From assembly GCF_009834535.1 (NCBI RefSeq), contig NC_045697.1:115942001-116006000 (forward strand): a DNA stretch of 64,000 bases, given 5' to 3'. A program made the position numbers and the translations under genes. Source of the stretch: Camelus ferus (lineage: Eukaryota). Positions within the stretch are counted from its first letter, which is position 1. Every line of letters starts with the position of its first letter. Under the pieces are notes generated by a model. The model searched no databases and was not told where the DNA came from. It saw only the letters and a list, made by a program, of their open reading frames with translations. Positions 12,383-26,070 of this stretch are shown here, in pieces.

Positions 12383-13371
12383 AAGAACAGAAGAATCATT
12401 ATTAAAACCCCGGCGATCTGAAATCTTTTTCATGGTGTAAAAATGCATTTTACAAACACCTTTGAAACACAAGGGGGAAGAGCGTTTAATTTTCGGCCCT
12501 TGAACACGGCAAAGGCAGCCTGCCTGGAGGCTGGGCTGTCTGTCCTGGTCTCTGAAGTTGGGTCAATAGCGTCTTAACCCGGCAGACAGTATCTCCCCTC
12601 GGGTCTCTTCCATTCTCTTCTCCCCGAGCCCCACTGACCACATGCAGAACCCCAGAGTTGGCCCCGAGGTTTTCCCCTTTTACCCAGCGAAAAACGTCGT
12701 TTCTGAGAAGCGCCTTTTCTGTTTCCCAGTTTGGGGTTAATGACTGATCCCAAGTGAGCGCGGCATGTCTCTGGAGAGCATCCTGAATCCGGCCGGAGAA
12801 CGCGCCCGCCTCCTACTCGTTATCTGGTTGTCGGGTGACCTCTGCTGGTCACTAGGAGACATTGCCGCCTCCGCTCATTGCGTCCGCGTTTAATTCCAGT
12901 CATCAGACTGTAATGGCCAGTCTCCACAATTCAATTCACCTTTGCTTAGTCGTGATCGCTTCTATTAATACCTGTTGTGCATTAAATGTCATTTTCATTG
13001 CATTAAACTCGGAGTTTTGGAAACCTCTCCCCAGAAAATCCACAGCAAAGGAAAACATCTTTATGCTACAGTCTGGGCTGGTGAGTCTTAATGATTCAGT
13101 GATCTCACGCTGACAGAGGAGATGACAATTTTTCTGTTTCCTTGAAAAATAACTAGTCGGCAATTAACACGGGGATGGCCACGTTTTGAAGCCCAGCTGG
13201 CAGCACGAAACAACATTTGCTTAACTCCTCAGCCCAGTGCCTCCATTGATTGAACATCCATACCTAAACAGCCATAGCACAAGGTAATCTATGGCTCACA
13301 CAGCCAGAAAGATGGTAAGTAAGGAGAAAAACACCCCAGCGTTTTAGAAATCAACAGCCTAGCCTCCCTGG

Positions 13372-13374
<3 letters not shown>

Positions 13375-13447
<73 letters not shown>
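13375..13447. repeat. Long perfect (TG)n microsatellite
   Basis: About 36 uninterrupted units. Confidence 0.98.
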
Positions 13448-13450
<3 letters not shown>

Positions 13451-13943
13451 GCTATAGGCGTTTGTCTATTGAATAATTTTACGTTTAGTGCACCTACTAT
13501 GTATAAGGCTGGATACAGGGTAGGAAAGAGAATGACTAGGTAATAAATAGGAAACAGAATACAGTCATAGCTCCACTGCAGCAATATTAAATCTATATAT
13601 TTTGAGCCTCTTCCCTGTTCATATGTGTTAAATGATTTATTTCAGTGGACCTCTGTGTCTTCCATGGAGGTTCTCATCTGTCATACAGTCAGAGTAAAAT
13701 AGTAACATACACTTAATTCTCTTAGTGTTATAATGACTGGCAACCCCCACCCGCCAATAATTCCCAGTAAACAAAGCTATACCTTTCAAAAGACTGTATT
13801 GTATTCACTTATGGAAAATAATCAAGGCTCACGTTAGCCAGTGCTGAGATGGGCAAACTTCAGCTCAGCCAATGATGTGGTTCCTTCAGTCTCTTCAGAG
13901 AGAAGAAATGAAGGGTCATTTTCAGTGGTCTCAGAGATCAACT

Positions 13944-14411
13944 TGACGGAACCCAGGTCCTTGCACTCTATCAGTGGAAATTGATAAAAGCCCAGAGGAG
14001 AAATTGAGGCAAGGCGTTACTAGGACTGCAGCACGAGGGAATGAAAACAAGTAACTGGTGCTCTCGCTCACTCCCCAGGTGGAGGGTGAGCTGGTCCCTT
14101 AAATGGGGAGAGGAAGGGGCAGGTCCAGGTTTGGAGCTGGAGGAGTGGCTTGGGGGTTCTGCCCACCCCCTTGGTGGTGCTGTGTGCAGGGGTCACACGC
14201 AGTTTCCTGCTCTCGTTCCTAGCACGTCACAGATGGCAGCTGGGTATGTGATCTTTTTGTATCTTGTAGTTCATATTTTGCCCCAGCTGCGAGTGGGTGC
14301 AATTATTTTTAGTCCTTTATAGATTCTTTGTATCCTGTTGCTTGAGAAACATTTGTCCAGGTGCAAGCACTGTAGCAAAGGGTCCCAGGTCCCAGGTCCC
14401 AGCCTGTCTTA
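13944..14411 (-). mobile_element. Solo ERV1-type LTR
   Basis: TSD aact at 13940-13943 and 14412-14415; minus strand starts TAAGACAGG, similar to the LTR at 2813-3328. Confidence 0.75.
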
Positions 14412-15603
14412 AACTCAAGAAGAAAATTCAGGGTTTCTTCTTGAAGAAACAAAGAATTGGGTACTTATTGGCAATATGAATGTGTATGCAAGTGTGTGTG
14501 TACAAATGTTCCATACACTCAACAAATACTGATAAATAAAAGTCCAAACCCTAACGTGAATGGGAGAATCACACTGCTAACTAAGTTTATGGAATTTGAA
14601 TGCCCCTTCTCTTGTGATTTTGCTCTGTTACATTTTAGACACATATAACGTATCACCTTCCTTTCTTTAGACTTTGCAAACCAAGCTATTATTTATTCTA
14701 TTTAATTCATACTTTCTCTCGAAAAGTCAATCCTCCGTAGACCCTGAAATACTTTTGTTATGTGTGGGGTTTTTTTCCCTCTGAATTCTCATCTCTGTTT
14801 GCTTTCATCTTCCTGGCAGTGAAATGCCTCAAACTGAATACAACAACCCAGGCTTTTTCAAAGGTCTTCATGACTTTCTAATAGTAAAGACCTTGCCTAG
14901 GTTTTGAAAATCAGCCTGTTTAGAAAACAGCAAATTCACAGCCTTACCCATTTGAAGTCTTGTCACAACTCTCCTTTTATTTTTATTTATTGGGATGCCT
15001 TTTTCTCTCTTGGGGGTCTTTCTGCTTTATGTGGTTCTTAGACCATCTTGACCCTTGCAAGTAGATATTAATTTAGTTAAATATTTCTGCTTCTCTGTGT
15101 ATTTTCTCTTGAAGTTTTCATTTTTTGTTGCTATTCTTTCCTTTAACTATTCCTTTGTTCCATTTTCCAATACTTCAGTGACCTTTAGACCTCTGAGGAA
15201 AGATCTGCAAATCTACACTGACTCCTTGTTTATTTATGGCCCCTTTCAGCAACATTCTTTTTTTTTTTTTCTTTTTTCCAAGGAGTTCAAATGCACAAGC
15301 AACAGCTAAGGTCATACTCAAAACACACTTCTGAGTTCTACAAAAGAATAACAAGAGAATAAAAATGGAGCACTGTTTTAAGAATGTTAAAGATACGCAG
15401 ACTTGATTTAAGTTGTACATGACATGGTAGGTCATTCTGAATTTCAGGGAACTGGTGTGGTCTCTGGATGTATCTCTTTTTCCACCCAACTTGAGATTTG
15501 TTCAGTTTCACAAGAAGTGAATTCTCCAAATATTGCAGAATTTATCTTAATTAAAAAAAAACCTGTTCAGTTGCTTCATGTTACAATGTTATAGTTTCTT
15601 TCT

Positions 15604-15644
15604 TGAGAGCATCACCTGAGAGCATCACCTGAGAGCATCACCTG
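15604..15644. repeat. Tandem repeat, 3 x 13 bp (tgagagcatcacc)
   Basis: Three perfect copies. Confidence 0.95.
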
Positions 15645-16219
15645 TATCTCACCTACGCACTCAACTCAGCCTGGACAGTGGCCAAGCTTCCCTGCTGTTT
15701 TAAATCTTTGGCTTTTTTTTCCCCTTCTGACTAAGGTATAAGTATTTTCTAATCTTAGCTGTAGCCAGCCTTTACACAGTCTGGATCACAAATCTGGATT
15801 CATTTTTAATGGAAAAGTATCTCATGGTTGTTGCCAGCTGGACTGTCCTTTTATCTGGCAGATGTCTGTGTAGATAAGACTCTGAATCTGAGATCACCCA
15901 CAGACCATCCCATGCTTCAAATATCAGGCCGATGGAAAGGCATCTGACTCATACCCACCCAGTTCTGCAGATGACTCAGCATGGACTCCAGTGATTATTT
16001 CCATTGCAATCTTCATGTCTTTACTGCCAGTTCCAAACATCGAGACAGAGTCACAGATGTGCACAGGTAGGGTGGAGTTCAGTCCACCCTCCTGACTGTA
16101 TAAATAAAGGACTGAAGGGTAGCTAACGAGGTTACAGGACTTGTCCATGGTCACATAAGTTGGCCAATGACATAGCTAGAGAAGTAGCAGTCTTTGTGAA
16201 CTTACACATACATGTGCAG

Positions 16220-16460
16220 CCAGTGCTCAGGAAGCTGACTGCAGACCACAGACAGTCTGAGCCCTTCACAAATCTCGACTCTTTTCATTCTTAGAGCAGC
16301 TTTCTGGAGTAGATACTCTGATTATCCCATTTCAAAGATGAGGAAACTGAGGTTCAAGGGATTAAATTTTTTTTCAGCATTACGTACCTGTTAGGTGGCA
16401 GAGCAGGGATTGAAACTCAGGCAGTCTGGCTCCCAAACCTGGTATCTTGTCACTATTTGT
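16220..16460 (-). mobile_element. MIR SINE
   Basis: 'attatcccatttcaaagatgaggaaactgagg...ggcagagcagggattgaaactcaggcagtctggctcc'. Confidence 0.85.
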
Positions 16461-16611
16461 TCTCTTTCACGACTGTCAAAGTCAGTTACATGTCATCAGG
16501 AAGAGCCTGTTCCTCTGCAGTCCCGTCCGAAATCTGGGAGGCTTATTCCTTCAACTGTGTTCTTTGTCTTCAGTGTTGCTTTGGTGATTCTGGGTCTTTT
16601 GTAGTTCCAGT

Positions 16612-17515
16612 GAAGACATACAAATGGTCAACAGGCACATGAAAAAAATGCTCAATATCACTAATTGTTAGAGAAATGTAAATCAAAACTAGAATGACAT
16701 ATCACCTCACACCAGTCAGAATGGCCATCATTAAAAAGTCCACAAATGATAAATGCTGAAGAGGGTGTGGAGAAAAGGGAACCCTCCTACACTGCTGGTG
16801 GGAATGTATTTGGTGCAGTCATTATTGGAAAACAGTATGGAGATTCCTCAAAAAAACTGAAAATAGACTTACCCTGTGATCCAGCAATCCCACTCCTGGG
16901 CATATATCCAGAGGAAACCTGATTCGAAAAGATACATGCACCCCAACATTCACAGCATTATTTACGATAGCCAGGACATGGAAACAATATAAATGTCCAT
17001 CGACAGATGACTGGATTAAGAAGCTGTGGTATATTTATACAATGGAATACTACTCAGCCATATAAAAGAATAAAATAATGCCATTTGCAGCGACATGGAT
17101 GGAGCTGGAGATTATCATACCAAGTGAAGCAAGCCAGAAAGAGAAAGAAAAATACCATATGATATCACTTATATGTGGAATCTTTAAAAAAAAAAAAAAG
17201 GACAGAAATGAACTTATTTACAAAACAGAAACAGACTCACAGACATAGAAAACAAACTTATGGTTACTGGGGGGGAAAGGAGGTGGGAAGGGATAAATTG
17301 GCAGGCTGGGATTTGCAGATACACACTACTATATATAAAATAGATAAACAAGAAGGTCCCATTGTATGGCACAAGGAACTATATTCAACACCTTACAATA
17401 GCCTAAAAAGAATATGAAAAGGAATGTATATGTATATACATAAATGAACCACTATGAGGTACAGCAGAATTTAACATGGCATTGTAAATGGACTATACTT
17501 CAATGAAAAAAAAAA
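16612..17515 (+). mobile_element. 5'-truncated L1 (ORF2 end + 3'UTR + polyA)
   Basis: Closely similar to 5486-6195; ends gactatacttcaatg(A)n. Confidence 0.95.
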
Positions 17516-19273
17516 GTACCTGTTCCAACTGACACATAAATTACCTCAATACTGGCTATGCCCTCCACCATCAATGAACACATCTTGGTTTCCAAAATGA
17601 TCCTCATCCTGGAAACATAAACAATCTCTTTCATTATTCACCCATCAAGCCAAGGTATGCTTTATCCTGATGTGAACTCCTACAGAGGGAAAAATATAAA
17701 ATCTCACTTCCTTACCCTCAAGGGAACAAAAATTGAACCAGAAGGTTATGGCAGACTTTTGAAAATCACTGCAGTCTGCCTGCTCCGCTCACAGTATGTT
17801 TCTGTAAGTTCCCTTCTGTCCCCCTAGTGGGATTTGAGCGTTTCTAAGGCTGAGATGCAGAGTAAACACCTTTACCTTGGACAGATTTGTTCTGTTTCCC
17901 CTGTTTGCCCGTGACTGCCTTTTTTTTAATAAGAAGCTTTGGGATTGAGACATCACGCCAGGGCCCTGAGGCAAGGCACACAAGAGATGTAAATTGTGGT
18001 CCTGTGTCCTCCAGGGTCTGCCCTTGTCCAGCTCTCCTGGAAACTGTCACACAGGGGCTTCACACAAACCGCGCCCCGTGGCCACTGGGACCCCGAGACG
18101 AACGACCTTATTATCAGCAGGTGAGAACGCAAGAAAACTCGAAAACTCAAAGAGTTCATGCGCCAGGAGAGGGGGCTGCTAAAAAGCCCTTAGCACCTGG
18201 GATTCAAAGACCGTCATCCACTCAGGTTTTCATTGTACCAGCAAGTACAGCATCTCTGAGACATTTACTTCCAGTAACATAACAAGAAAAGCACACCAGG
18301 GAAATATGTTCCTATGACTTACCTGTTGCCTTAACGAATGTTTGCTTGTAAGGGATGAGAAGAAAGACATTAGTATTGTCTTCCCCGAAGAGACAGCCCA
18401 ACCATCTGACAAGAACAACGATTTACGTTGTGGGAGCATTTACTGGCACTGAAAAATCGGAAGCGGTTGGAAGTGATTTTGAAGGGGTTGTGGGAAATAT
18501 GGGGCAAAGACCCTGAAGGGTATTAAAGGAAGCAGATGTCAGGTGTGGAATCTGTCTCTGCTCGCCCACCCATAGAGTCAGAAAAGTCTGCAGGTGTTTT
18601 ATCTCCACGAAGCTGCAGATACCTCGGTGCCTTCAAGAGAAGAGGGCACGTTTCTAAACTTTTAAGTTGAAAAATCACCTTGCACATAAGATGGAGGGTT
18701 TAGAGTACTGGGGAAAATCTGAAACCAGTTAAAATGGATTTATTCAGTCATGTAGGGGTGTCAGAGAGAAGTGGCAGGAGTAAGCTGCCTTTTTCAGGCA
18801 TGTATAGCAAATGCCTTCCTTGCTGTCATCCCATTACATGTTTGGATCTTTGTGTTAAATGTCTGGGTCGTCTGTAAATACGATTCAGGCTTTTCTTTTC
18901 TTTGCAGAGTGTCATTTATATTTAACTGGACATTTTCACCAAGGTGTCATCTGCAGAGCGGAAACCATGCTCACTCAAGGAAGCTGCCCAGGCTCATTGC
19001 ACCAGGACAGACATGGAGTGGATGACCTTGGGGCCCAGCCCACAAGCCCTCTGTCTACCAGAGGATGCTGATTAGCAAAGCCTGTTGGACTAACTCCCTT
19101 CAGGTTGAGAAATGGACAGCCTGATGTATGACCTGGAGGTCAGAGAGAGGCCAAGAGAGATCTTGCTAGTCAGGGAAGGGGCAGCAGGGTCAGGACCATG
19201 AGAATGGCCTTGGTCCTTTGGCTTTCCTGATCTTCATTGCAATACATGCAGATCCTTAAAGTGAGCTTTATTT

Positions 19274-19626
19274 ATTTTTTTATTGAGTTACAGTCATTTT
19301 ACAATGTTGTGCCAAATTCCAGTGTAGAGCACAATTTTTCAGTCATACATGAACATACATATATGCATTGTCGCATTCTTTTTCTCTGTGAGCTACCACA
19401 AGATCTTGTATACATTTCCCTGTGCTATACAGTATAGTCTTGTTTATCTGTTCTACATAGGCCTGTCTGTATCTACAAATATTGAACTCTCAGTCTGTCC
19501 CTTCCACCTCCGCTCCCCTCGGCAACCACAAGTTTGTATTCTATGTCTATGAGTCTGTTTCTGTTTTGAATTTACATTCATTTGTCTTTTTCTTTCCTTC
19601 TTTCTTTCTTTTTTAGATTCCACATA
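19274..19626 (-). mobile_element. Young L1 3'UTR insertion with 17-bp TSD
   Basis: TSD taaagtgagctttattt at 19257-19273 and 19627-19643; reverse complement of the 3'UTR at 34050-34390. Confidence 0.93.
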
Positions 19627-20899
19627 TAAAGTGAGCTTTATTTTCTTAAATCTAGCCCACATCTCAGCTCCCTGCAACCCAAGCACCCAACTGAGCACAA
19701 TATGAAATAGATCAGTGACATAGGTGACGTAGCCCTTAGATGGAACAGTTCTGGATGTTACGTCCTGACTGTTCTGATAACATCTCTACTTATTCACAAT
19801 TCCACTCAAGGTCATTATTTTTTCCCCCATTTATCCCTCTGTATCTCTAACATATTGTTTCTTTTCTCTCTCTCTCATCCGTCATCTCTCCTCTTCTATA
19901 CCTCTTACAATTCCACTTTCAAGGACAACCTCATGGACAGATCCATTCCTCCCCTTCTATTTCTCCTTCTTCTTCCAGTTCCATCCAATTTTCCTAACTA
20001 GGTCTCCCATACTCAGCACTCCACCCTCACTCACGCACAATTGTGGGGCGCACTCCCATTAGACCTTAAGACTCAATAAATGTTTACTGAGGCAAGTACT
20101 GGGTATTTCTGAAAGTTGCTTCTTTCAATAAAGTCATGTTGGCTCAATGCTATTTTAAAAAGTGCTAGATTTGGTTTTGCACATTCAACACAATTTCACA
20201 AATATTTATACCCATAGTCTACCAATACGTTCAACAGGGAGCATCAAAATGGGTGAGGCAAGACCCCAACCTCTAGTTGGCTTACAGTCTGGGAGAAGGA
20301 AAGCACATGTGAGGGTACAATTACCACAGCGGGTGGCATGTGACCGCAGGGCTATGATGAGGTAGGTGCGGGAAGGAATGAGGTTCGGCGGGAACTTCAG
20401 CTGCATCCGTGAGGAACAACCCCCCAAGGCATGTGCACAGACTTCATGAGTCACAGCTGCAGTGACCCCTTCGTCATAGCATGTAGTAAGGCAGGCATTG
20501 GACTTGACCCTTGAGGAGACACCAGAGAGGGCACAAATGAGAGTTTCAGTAGCGCTTCTAAAATACCCGTGACTGAGCCAAGGGCAAGTTTCAGAACCAG
20601 AAATTACAATCTTTGGCCTCAACCATTTTTCTGTCTGTTCCATGCCCTTCTTTCATCTTTTGAAATAAAAGTGCCTTAGTTCTCAGTTCCCTTGACTTTC
20701 AACTTGATAACTGGCTTCCCGAATCCACTGCAGGACCCTTCTCAGCCTGCCATCCTACCTTGCCTGTATTCCAAGTCCACCTTCCCCAAGTGTCTTGTTC
20801 CGCCATCTTTTAACCATGTGTTGGGCGGTGTAATTATCTACTCAAATAGTCTACAGGGAAGTACGAATGACAAATAACAGCTTCACCCTCCCAAGGGCA

Positions 20900-21010
20900 T
20901 TTTATTTTTTCTAACTTTATTCAGGAATAATTGACCAATAGAATTGTACATATTTAAAGTGTACGATGTGTTGATTTGATGTTCATAGATACTATGGAAT
21001 GATTACCAAG
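20900..21010 (-). mobile_element. Old L1M 3' terminal fragment
   Basis: 'ctttattcaggaataattgacc...tatttaaagtgtac'. Confidence 0.6.
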
Positions 21011-21130
21011 GGTATTTGGTTTTTTTAACGGCAACTCAATTAAATCAAAAATTTCAAATTGATAGAATGGATTTTTAAAACGTAGACCTTCAGTTATTCC
21101 TTATTTGTCTTATTTCATTTCTCCCTGTTC

Positions 21131-21500
21131 ACCATCATCAACACCACCATCATCACCATCAACCCACCACCTCTGTCACCACCACTATCAATACCTCCAT
21201 CACCACCACTATCAATACCACCACCATTACCATAACCATCACCACCTCTACCACCACCTCCTCCAGCATCACCACCACCTCCATCACCATCACCACCACC
21301 TCCACCACCTCCATCACCTCCATCCTCACCACCATCACCACCACCAACACTACCATCACCCCACTACCTCCATTACCTCCATCACCATCACCATCATCAC
21401 CACCATCACCACCACCATCACCCCACCACTTCCATCACCACCATCCCTCCACCATCACCCACACCATCAGCCCTCTGTCACTCCATCCCATCCCACACAC
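21131..21500. repeat. Degenerate (CAC/CAT)n triplet low-complexity repeat
   Basis: Directly visible; source of the poly-His and poly-Val ORFs. Confidence 0.95.
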
Positions 21501-21666
21501 ACAATCTCTGTGATAAAGATACAAGGAGAATCTCCACCCTCATTTGAAGAAACTGGCCTCCAGCCCTAAAAAGAGGCAGGAAAAAATAGAATTAAATGTA
21601 ACTAATGTAAGGTAAGCTTGCACGCCATTTCTAAGTATAATTGGAAATTAAACATAACTAGACTTT

Positions 21667-22229
21667 TGTGATCTCCTATTTGCTACATAACTGATTACCT
21701 CAAAATTCAGTTGTTTAAAACAATAAACATGTATTATCTCGCAGTCTCTGTGGGCCAGAAATTCAAGAGTAACTTAGCTAGGTTGTTCTGACTTAGAGCT
21801 TCTCCTATGGTTTCATTCAAGTTGTCACCTGGTGCTACAGTCATCTGGAATTATCAGAAAGCTTGACCAAAAATAGGTTTGCTAGAGGCTGATGCTCACT
21901 TCCATGGCTAGTAGACCAGTGCTAGCTGTTGGCAGGAGGCTTCAGCCCCTCACACAAGGACTTCACAGTAGGGTCTCTCAGGTGTCCTGATACCACTGTG
22001 GCTGGCTTCCCCTTGGATGAGTAACCCAAACAGAAGCAAAGCAAAGGCAATAAAGTATCTTATGACTTGGCCTTGGAAGTCATTCACCATAATTCCTGTC
22101 ACATTTTCTTGTTGAAGAGTAAGTCACTAAGTCCATTCATATTCAGATTTGGAGGTTGGAGGGGTTGCACTTTACCTTGAATAAGGAGGCCTATCAGAGA
22201 ACTTGCAGGCTTATTTCAAAGCCACCACA
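21667..22229 (-). mobile_element. Old MLT1 solo LTR
   Basis: 'tttaaaacaataaacatgtattatctcgcagtctctgtgggccagaaattc...aaagccaccaca'. Confidence 0.75.
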
Positions 22230-23879
22230 TCTCCCACACCCACTTTCAAAGTCTCTCCCTAAACCTATTTAGTAATATGCTCTTTTGAGTAAATGTTAAG
22301 CACATATTTTTAAAACACTAAGTTCCTAGATCTTAAGTATTCCCATAAGCAATATATGGTTTTCAGATCTTGGCTGCTAATTCCTTCTTCCAATTTTCCA
22401 TAAGCCTTCTCCATTCCAAGTTACATAGTGTTGTTGAAAAATAAATCTTCTGAGTAATTTGGGGTTCAATTATACAGCATAGCAGCTCCTGAATTAACAT
22501 CTACAAAATCAATTTTAATTCATTCACACATGGCTAAGAAAATATTTTATGAGGTACTGGATCAAACATCTGTTCTATTTCTTTGGACTACTACTTTAGT
22601 AATTGAATTATATTTAGAAAAGCAATCAAATTAGTTTCTTGTAATTATAAACTGTTGATTTGTTCATATTTCATGTCCTTTACAACACTTAAGTAAGCAT
22701 GGTTGTTTTTCCTACAAATCACTCGTTCCATTATTTTTCTAGAAGCTAAAGCAATCTTACTTACCCAAGTGACTTGCTTCTCGATTAAAATCTGTTTCTT
22801 AAAAATAATGACAAACAAAGAGTGTTTATCTTATTGTTCCAGAACTGAAGATATATTTCTCTTCTGGTTGATTGAATTTCACTGCTGAGAAACAATGGTC
22901 GGTATCCTCAGAAATGTTAATTTAAGTAAAGCCAAGAATCCACCAAACAAACATTGTGTAAATAAACAGAAATCACTGCTTCCCTCTCTCCAAGTCTGCA
23001 ACTGGGTTAACATAATAGCAAAAGTCAAAGAGTCAGTGTATTGAATTAGATTAGACAATCTTCTATTTCAGTGGAAAAGTAATCAGACCAGATTTTTAAT
23101 TCACTCATTTAACAAACATTTGTTACATTTCTGCAGTGTACCTATAGCTGGACTAAGACTTTAAATGCCCTAAACTCTGAAAAGATTATGGTTATCATAC
23201 TTTTCTCAAAAATAAAACTAGTACCCAAGTCCAATATAGCTAAGTAAGTTCCTGCAGATACCCTGCAGATATCAGTTATAAAATGTGGGCAAAATAAAAT
23301 AGCCTGATGGCACCGGAAAGGAAAAAAAAAAAAAAAAGCAGGCAAATTTTGGAGGGAAGACAACAATTGGAAAAGGAACTGGTCACAATTACATTTTTTT
23401 ATGATTCTTAACTTCCAAGCAGGATGAAAATGCCACCAGGTAAAGTGACTAAAACTTTGACATAAAATCTCACATGTTTCTGGCCAGAAGAAATAGACAG
23501 AGTTCATGACAAACAAACATAGGTACTAGAAAATAAGGGGGTAGATTTCATGAAAGAGAAAGAGAGAGCGTGAGTACCATGTTATGTACATAAATTCTGC
23601 CACAGTCTCTTGTTGCCCCATGAATACAGGCATGAAAAAGAATTAAAGCAGAGAAGCCAAGTTAAAAGAATCGAAATATGAGTTGAACTGCCACCTACAA
23701 GAGGGTTTTGAGTCAAAGAAAGTAAATTATCTGATAAAACTCTTATAACAGGAATATAGCAGAATTGACAGTTCCTACAAAATAATTTTTACAAAGGCTA
23801 GGATAAAAGCAAAATTACTCAATAGACAAACAAATATCGATTCATTTTTTAAGAGAAAAGACAGGCTCCTAAGATCATT

Positions 23880-24700
23880 GGTGAGATAACCTAGATATTG
23901 TGATTAGCAGACAAGAGTTCTAAAATAGCTATTATAACTAAGTTCAAGGACGTTAAGGAAAATATGCTTACACTGAATGAAAAGATAGGAAATCTGAACA
24001 AAGAAATATAAGCAATAAAAAATAACACAAATGAATATTCTAAAACTAAAAAAAAAAAATACAATTCCTGAAATTACAAATTTACTATATTGGCTTAACA
24101 ACAGAATGGAAATGATGGACAAAGGAGTCAGGAACTTGAAGATACATCAATATGCATATGTAGAACACAGAGGAAAAAAAACATTAGAAGAAAAGAACAG
24201 ACCTTCAAGGACCTGAGGACAACAATCAATGTCCAACAGACATGAATAAAATTCAAGAAGAAGAGGTAAGAGAGTGTGAGACATACAGCTCATTTGAAAA
24301 AACAATGACTCAAAACTTCCCAAATTTGATGAAAGACATAAACACTCATATTCAGAAAGCTCAGTAAACGTAAGCAAGAGAGAAACAAAGAAAACCCTGC
24401 CCAGGTAATCACAATCAAGCTGCTGATACTGGCGTCACGGGGACTCTTGAAAGCGGCCACAGGAAAATGATGTATGACTTACAGGAAAGCAATGATTCAA
24501 AATTTATCATCAGGAACTACAGCAAACAGAGGTTGTCTCAATTGCTGAAAGAAAAGCACCCTCGACTAAGAATTTTATATCTAATGAAAACATCCATGTT
24601 AAATACGAGGAGGAAATAGGATGTTTTCATATTTAAAAAAAAAAATACTAGAAGAATTCATTGCCAGTAGAACTCCACTACAAGAAAAGCTTTAAATTTT
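23880..24700 (+). mobile_element. Degenerate old L1 ORF1 region
   Basis: A-rich; ORF 24031-24216 'NILKLKKKNTIPEITN...LNNRMEM' resembles the ORF1 coiled coil. Confidence 0.7.
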
Positions 24701-24704
24701 TATT

Positions 24705-25160
24705 TAGGCCTAGAGATCGTCATTCTAGGTGAAGCAAGCCAGAAAGAGAAGGAAAAGTACCATATGATATCACGTATATGTGGAATCTAAAAAATGACAC
24801 AAATGAACTTATTTACAAAACAGACACAGACTCACAGATATAGAGAGCAAATTTATGGTTATCAAGGAGGAAAGGATGTGGGAAGGGATAAATCGGGAGT
24901 TTGAGATATGCAGATACTAACTACTCAGTATAAAATAGGTCAACAAGAATTTTCTTCTGCACAGCACAGGGGACTGTATTCAATATCTTGTAGTGACCTA
25001 GAATGAAAAAGAGTATGAAAGCAAATATATGTACGTTCACGTATGACTGACACATTATGCTGTACACCAGAAATTGACACACATTGTAAACTGAATATAC
25101 TTCAATAAAAAAGAAGGCTAAAAAAATAAAAATTAAAAATAAAGTAAATTAAAAAATCAA
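24705..25160 (+). mobile_element. L1 3'UTR + A-rich tail
   Basis: Homologous to 17100-17515. Confidence 0.92.
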
Positions 25161-25900
25161 AGGAAGCATATTCAGACGGCCCCTGGCCTTTCTTCTCCTG
25201 ACCAACCTAAATATTCCTCCATCCTCCGATTTCTTCCTTCCAATTTGTGCAGTTATAAAAACAATGAAATCAAAGTTCCAGTTGCCAGTAGCTCACAGAA
25301 CTGTTCACTCAGCCCTAAACACCTTGTTTTTCTATAAACTGATTTTGAAATTATTTTAAAACTAAGGGAAAAGAAAGAGTCACACCTTGCATGGACTGCT
25401 TCTTACTTCAGAAAAGAATTAAGTTACAACAAACATGACCGGTGGGCGGGACAACGGAATCAAGACACGTGCTCTCAGGTGCCCTTTGGAATTGGTTTCA
25501 CCATTTTGTAAAACAGTAAAATGGTGCCTCCCACCTGCACCTCGTGAAACTCCTAGAGTCGTGTATCAACGGCACCTAACCACTGAGTCTGCCCGTGTGC
25601 CAGCAGGTTTTGTAATGGTTTTCTCTCTGCTAAACTTCAGGAACCCATCTGAGAAAGACCCGGGTCCAGCCTCTCTCCTGGACACCCTGAGAGCAAGAGG
25701 ATGTTACCATCACCGGTGGTCTGTTAGAGAGAGGACAAAAAGCCTGTGCGTTCGCTGCTGTAAGATTCTGAGATAAGACTTGTGTTCCGTCTTTGTTGAC
25801 TCACATGGTGTGCTGCCCCAGGACAGCCTCTCAGAGGCACATCAGTTCTTCAATCCCGATCTTCCTCCCTAGTGAACTCAGCTCAAAAATGAGCTTAGCC

Positions 25901-26070
25901 GGAAGGGTCTAGCTCAGTGGTAGAGCACATGCTTAGCATGCACAAGGTCCTGGGTTCAATCCCTGGTTGCCTCCATTAAAATAAACAAACAAATAAATAA
26001 AATAAACCTGATTACTTCCCCCCGCCAGGAAAACAAAATACAAATTTAAAAAGAAATGAAATTAAAAAAA
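25901..26070 (+). mobile_element. tRNA-Ala-derived SINE (Vic-1-like)
   Basis: tagctcagtggtagagcacatgcttagcatgc...ggttcaatcc head plus A-rich tail. Confidence 0.9.

Noticed and set aside
15604..15644. Direct repeats as a CRISPR-like array
   Set aside because: No spacers, 13-bp unit, mammalian DNA; a simple local duplication.
21105..21569. 154-aa His-rich ORF and antisense Val-rich ORF
   Set aside because: Translation of a (CAC/CAT)n repeat that lacks stops; non-ATG start and no gene context.
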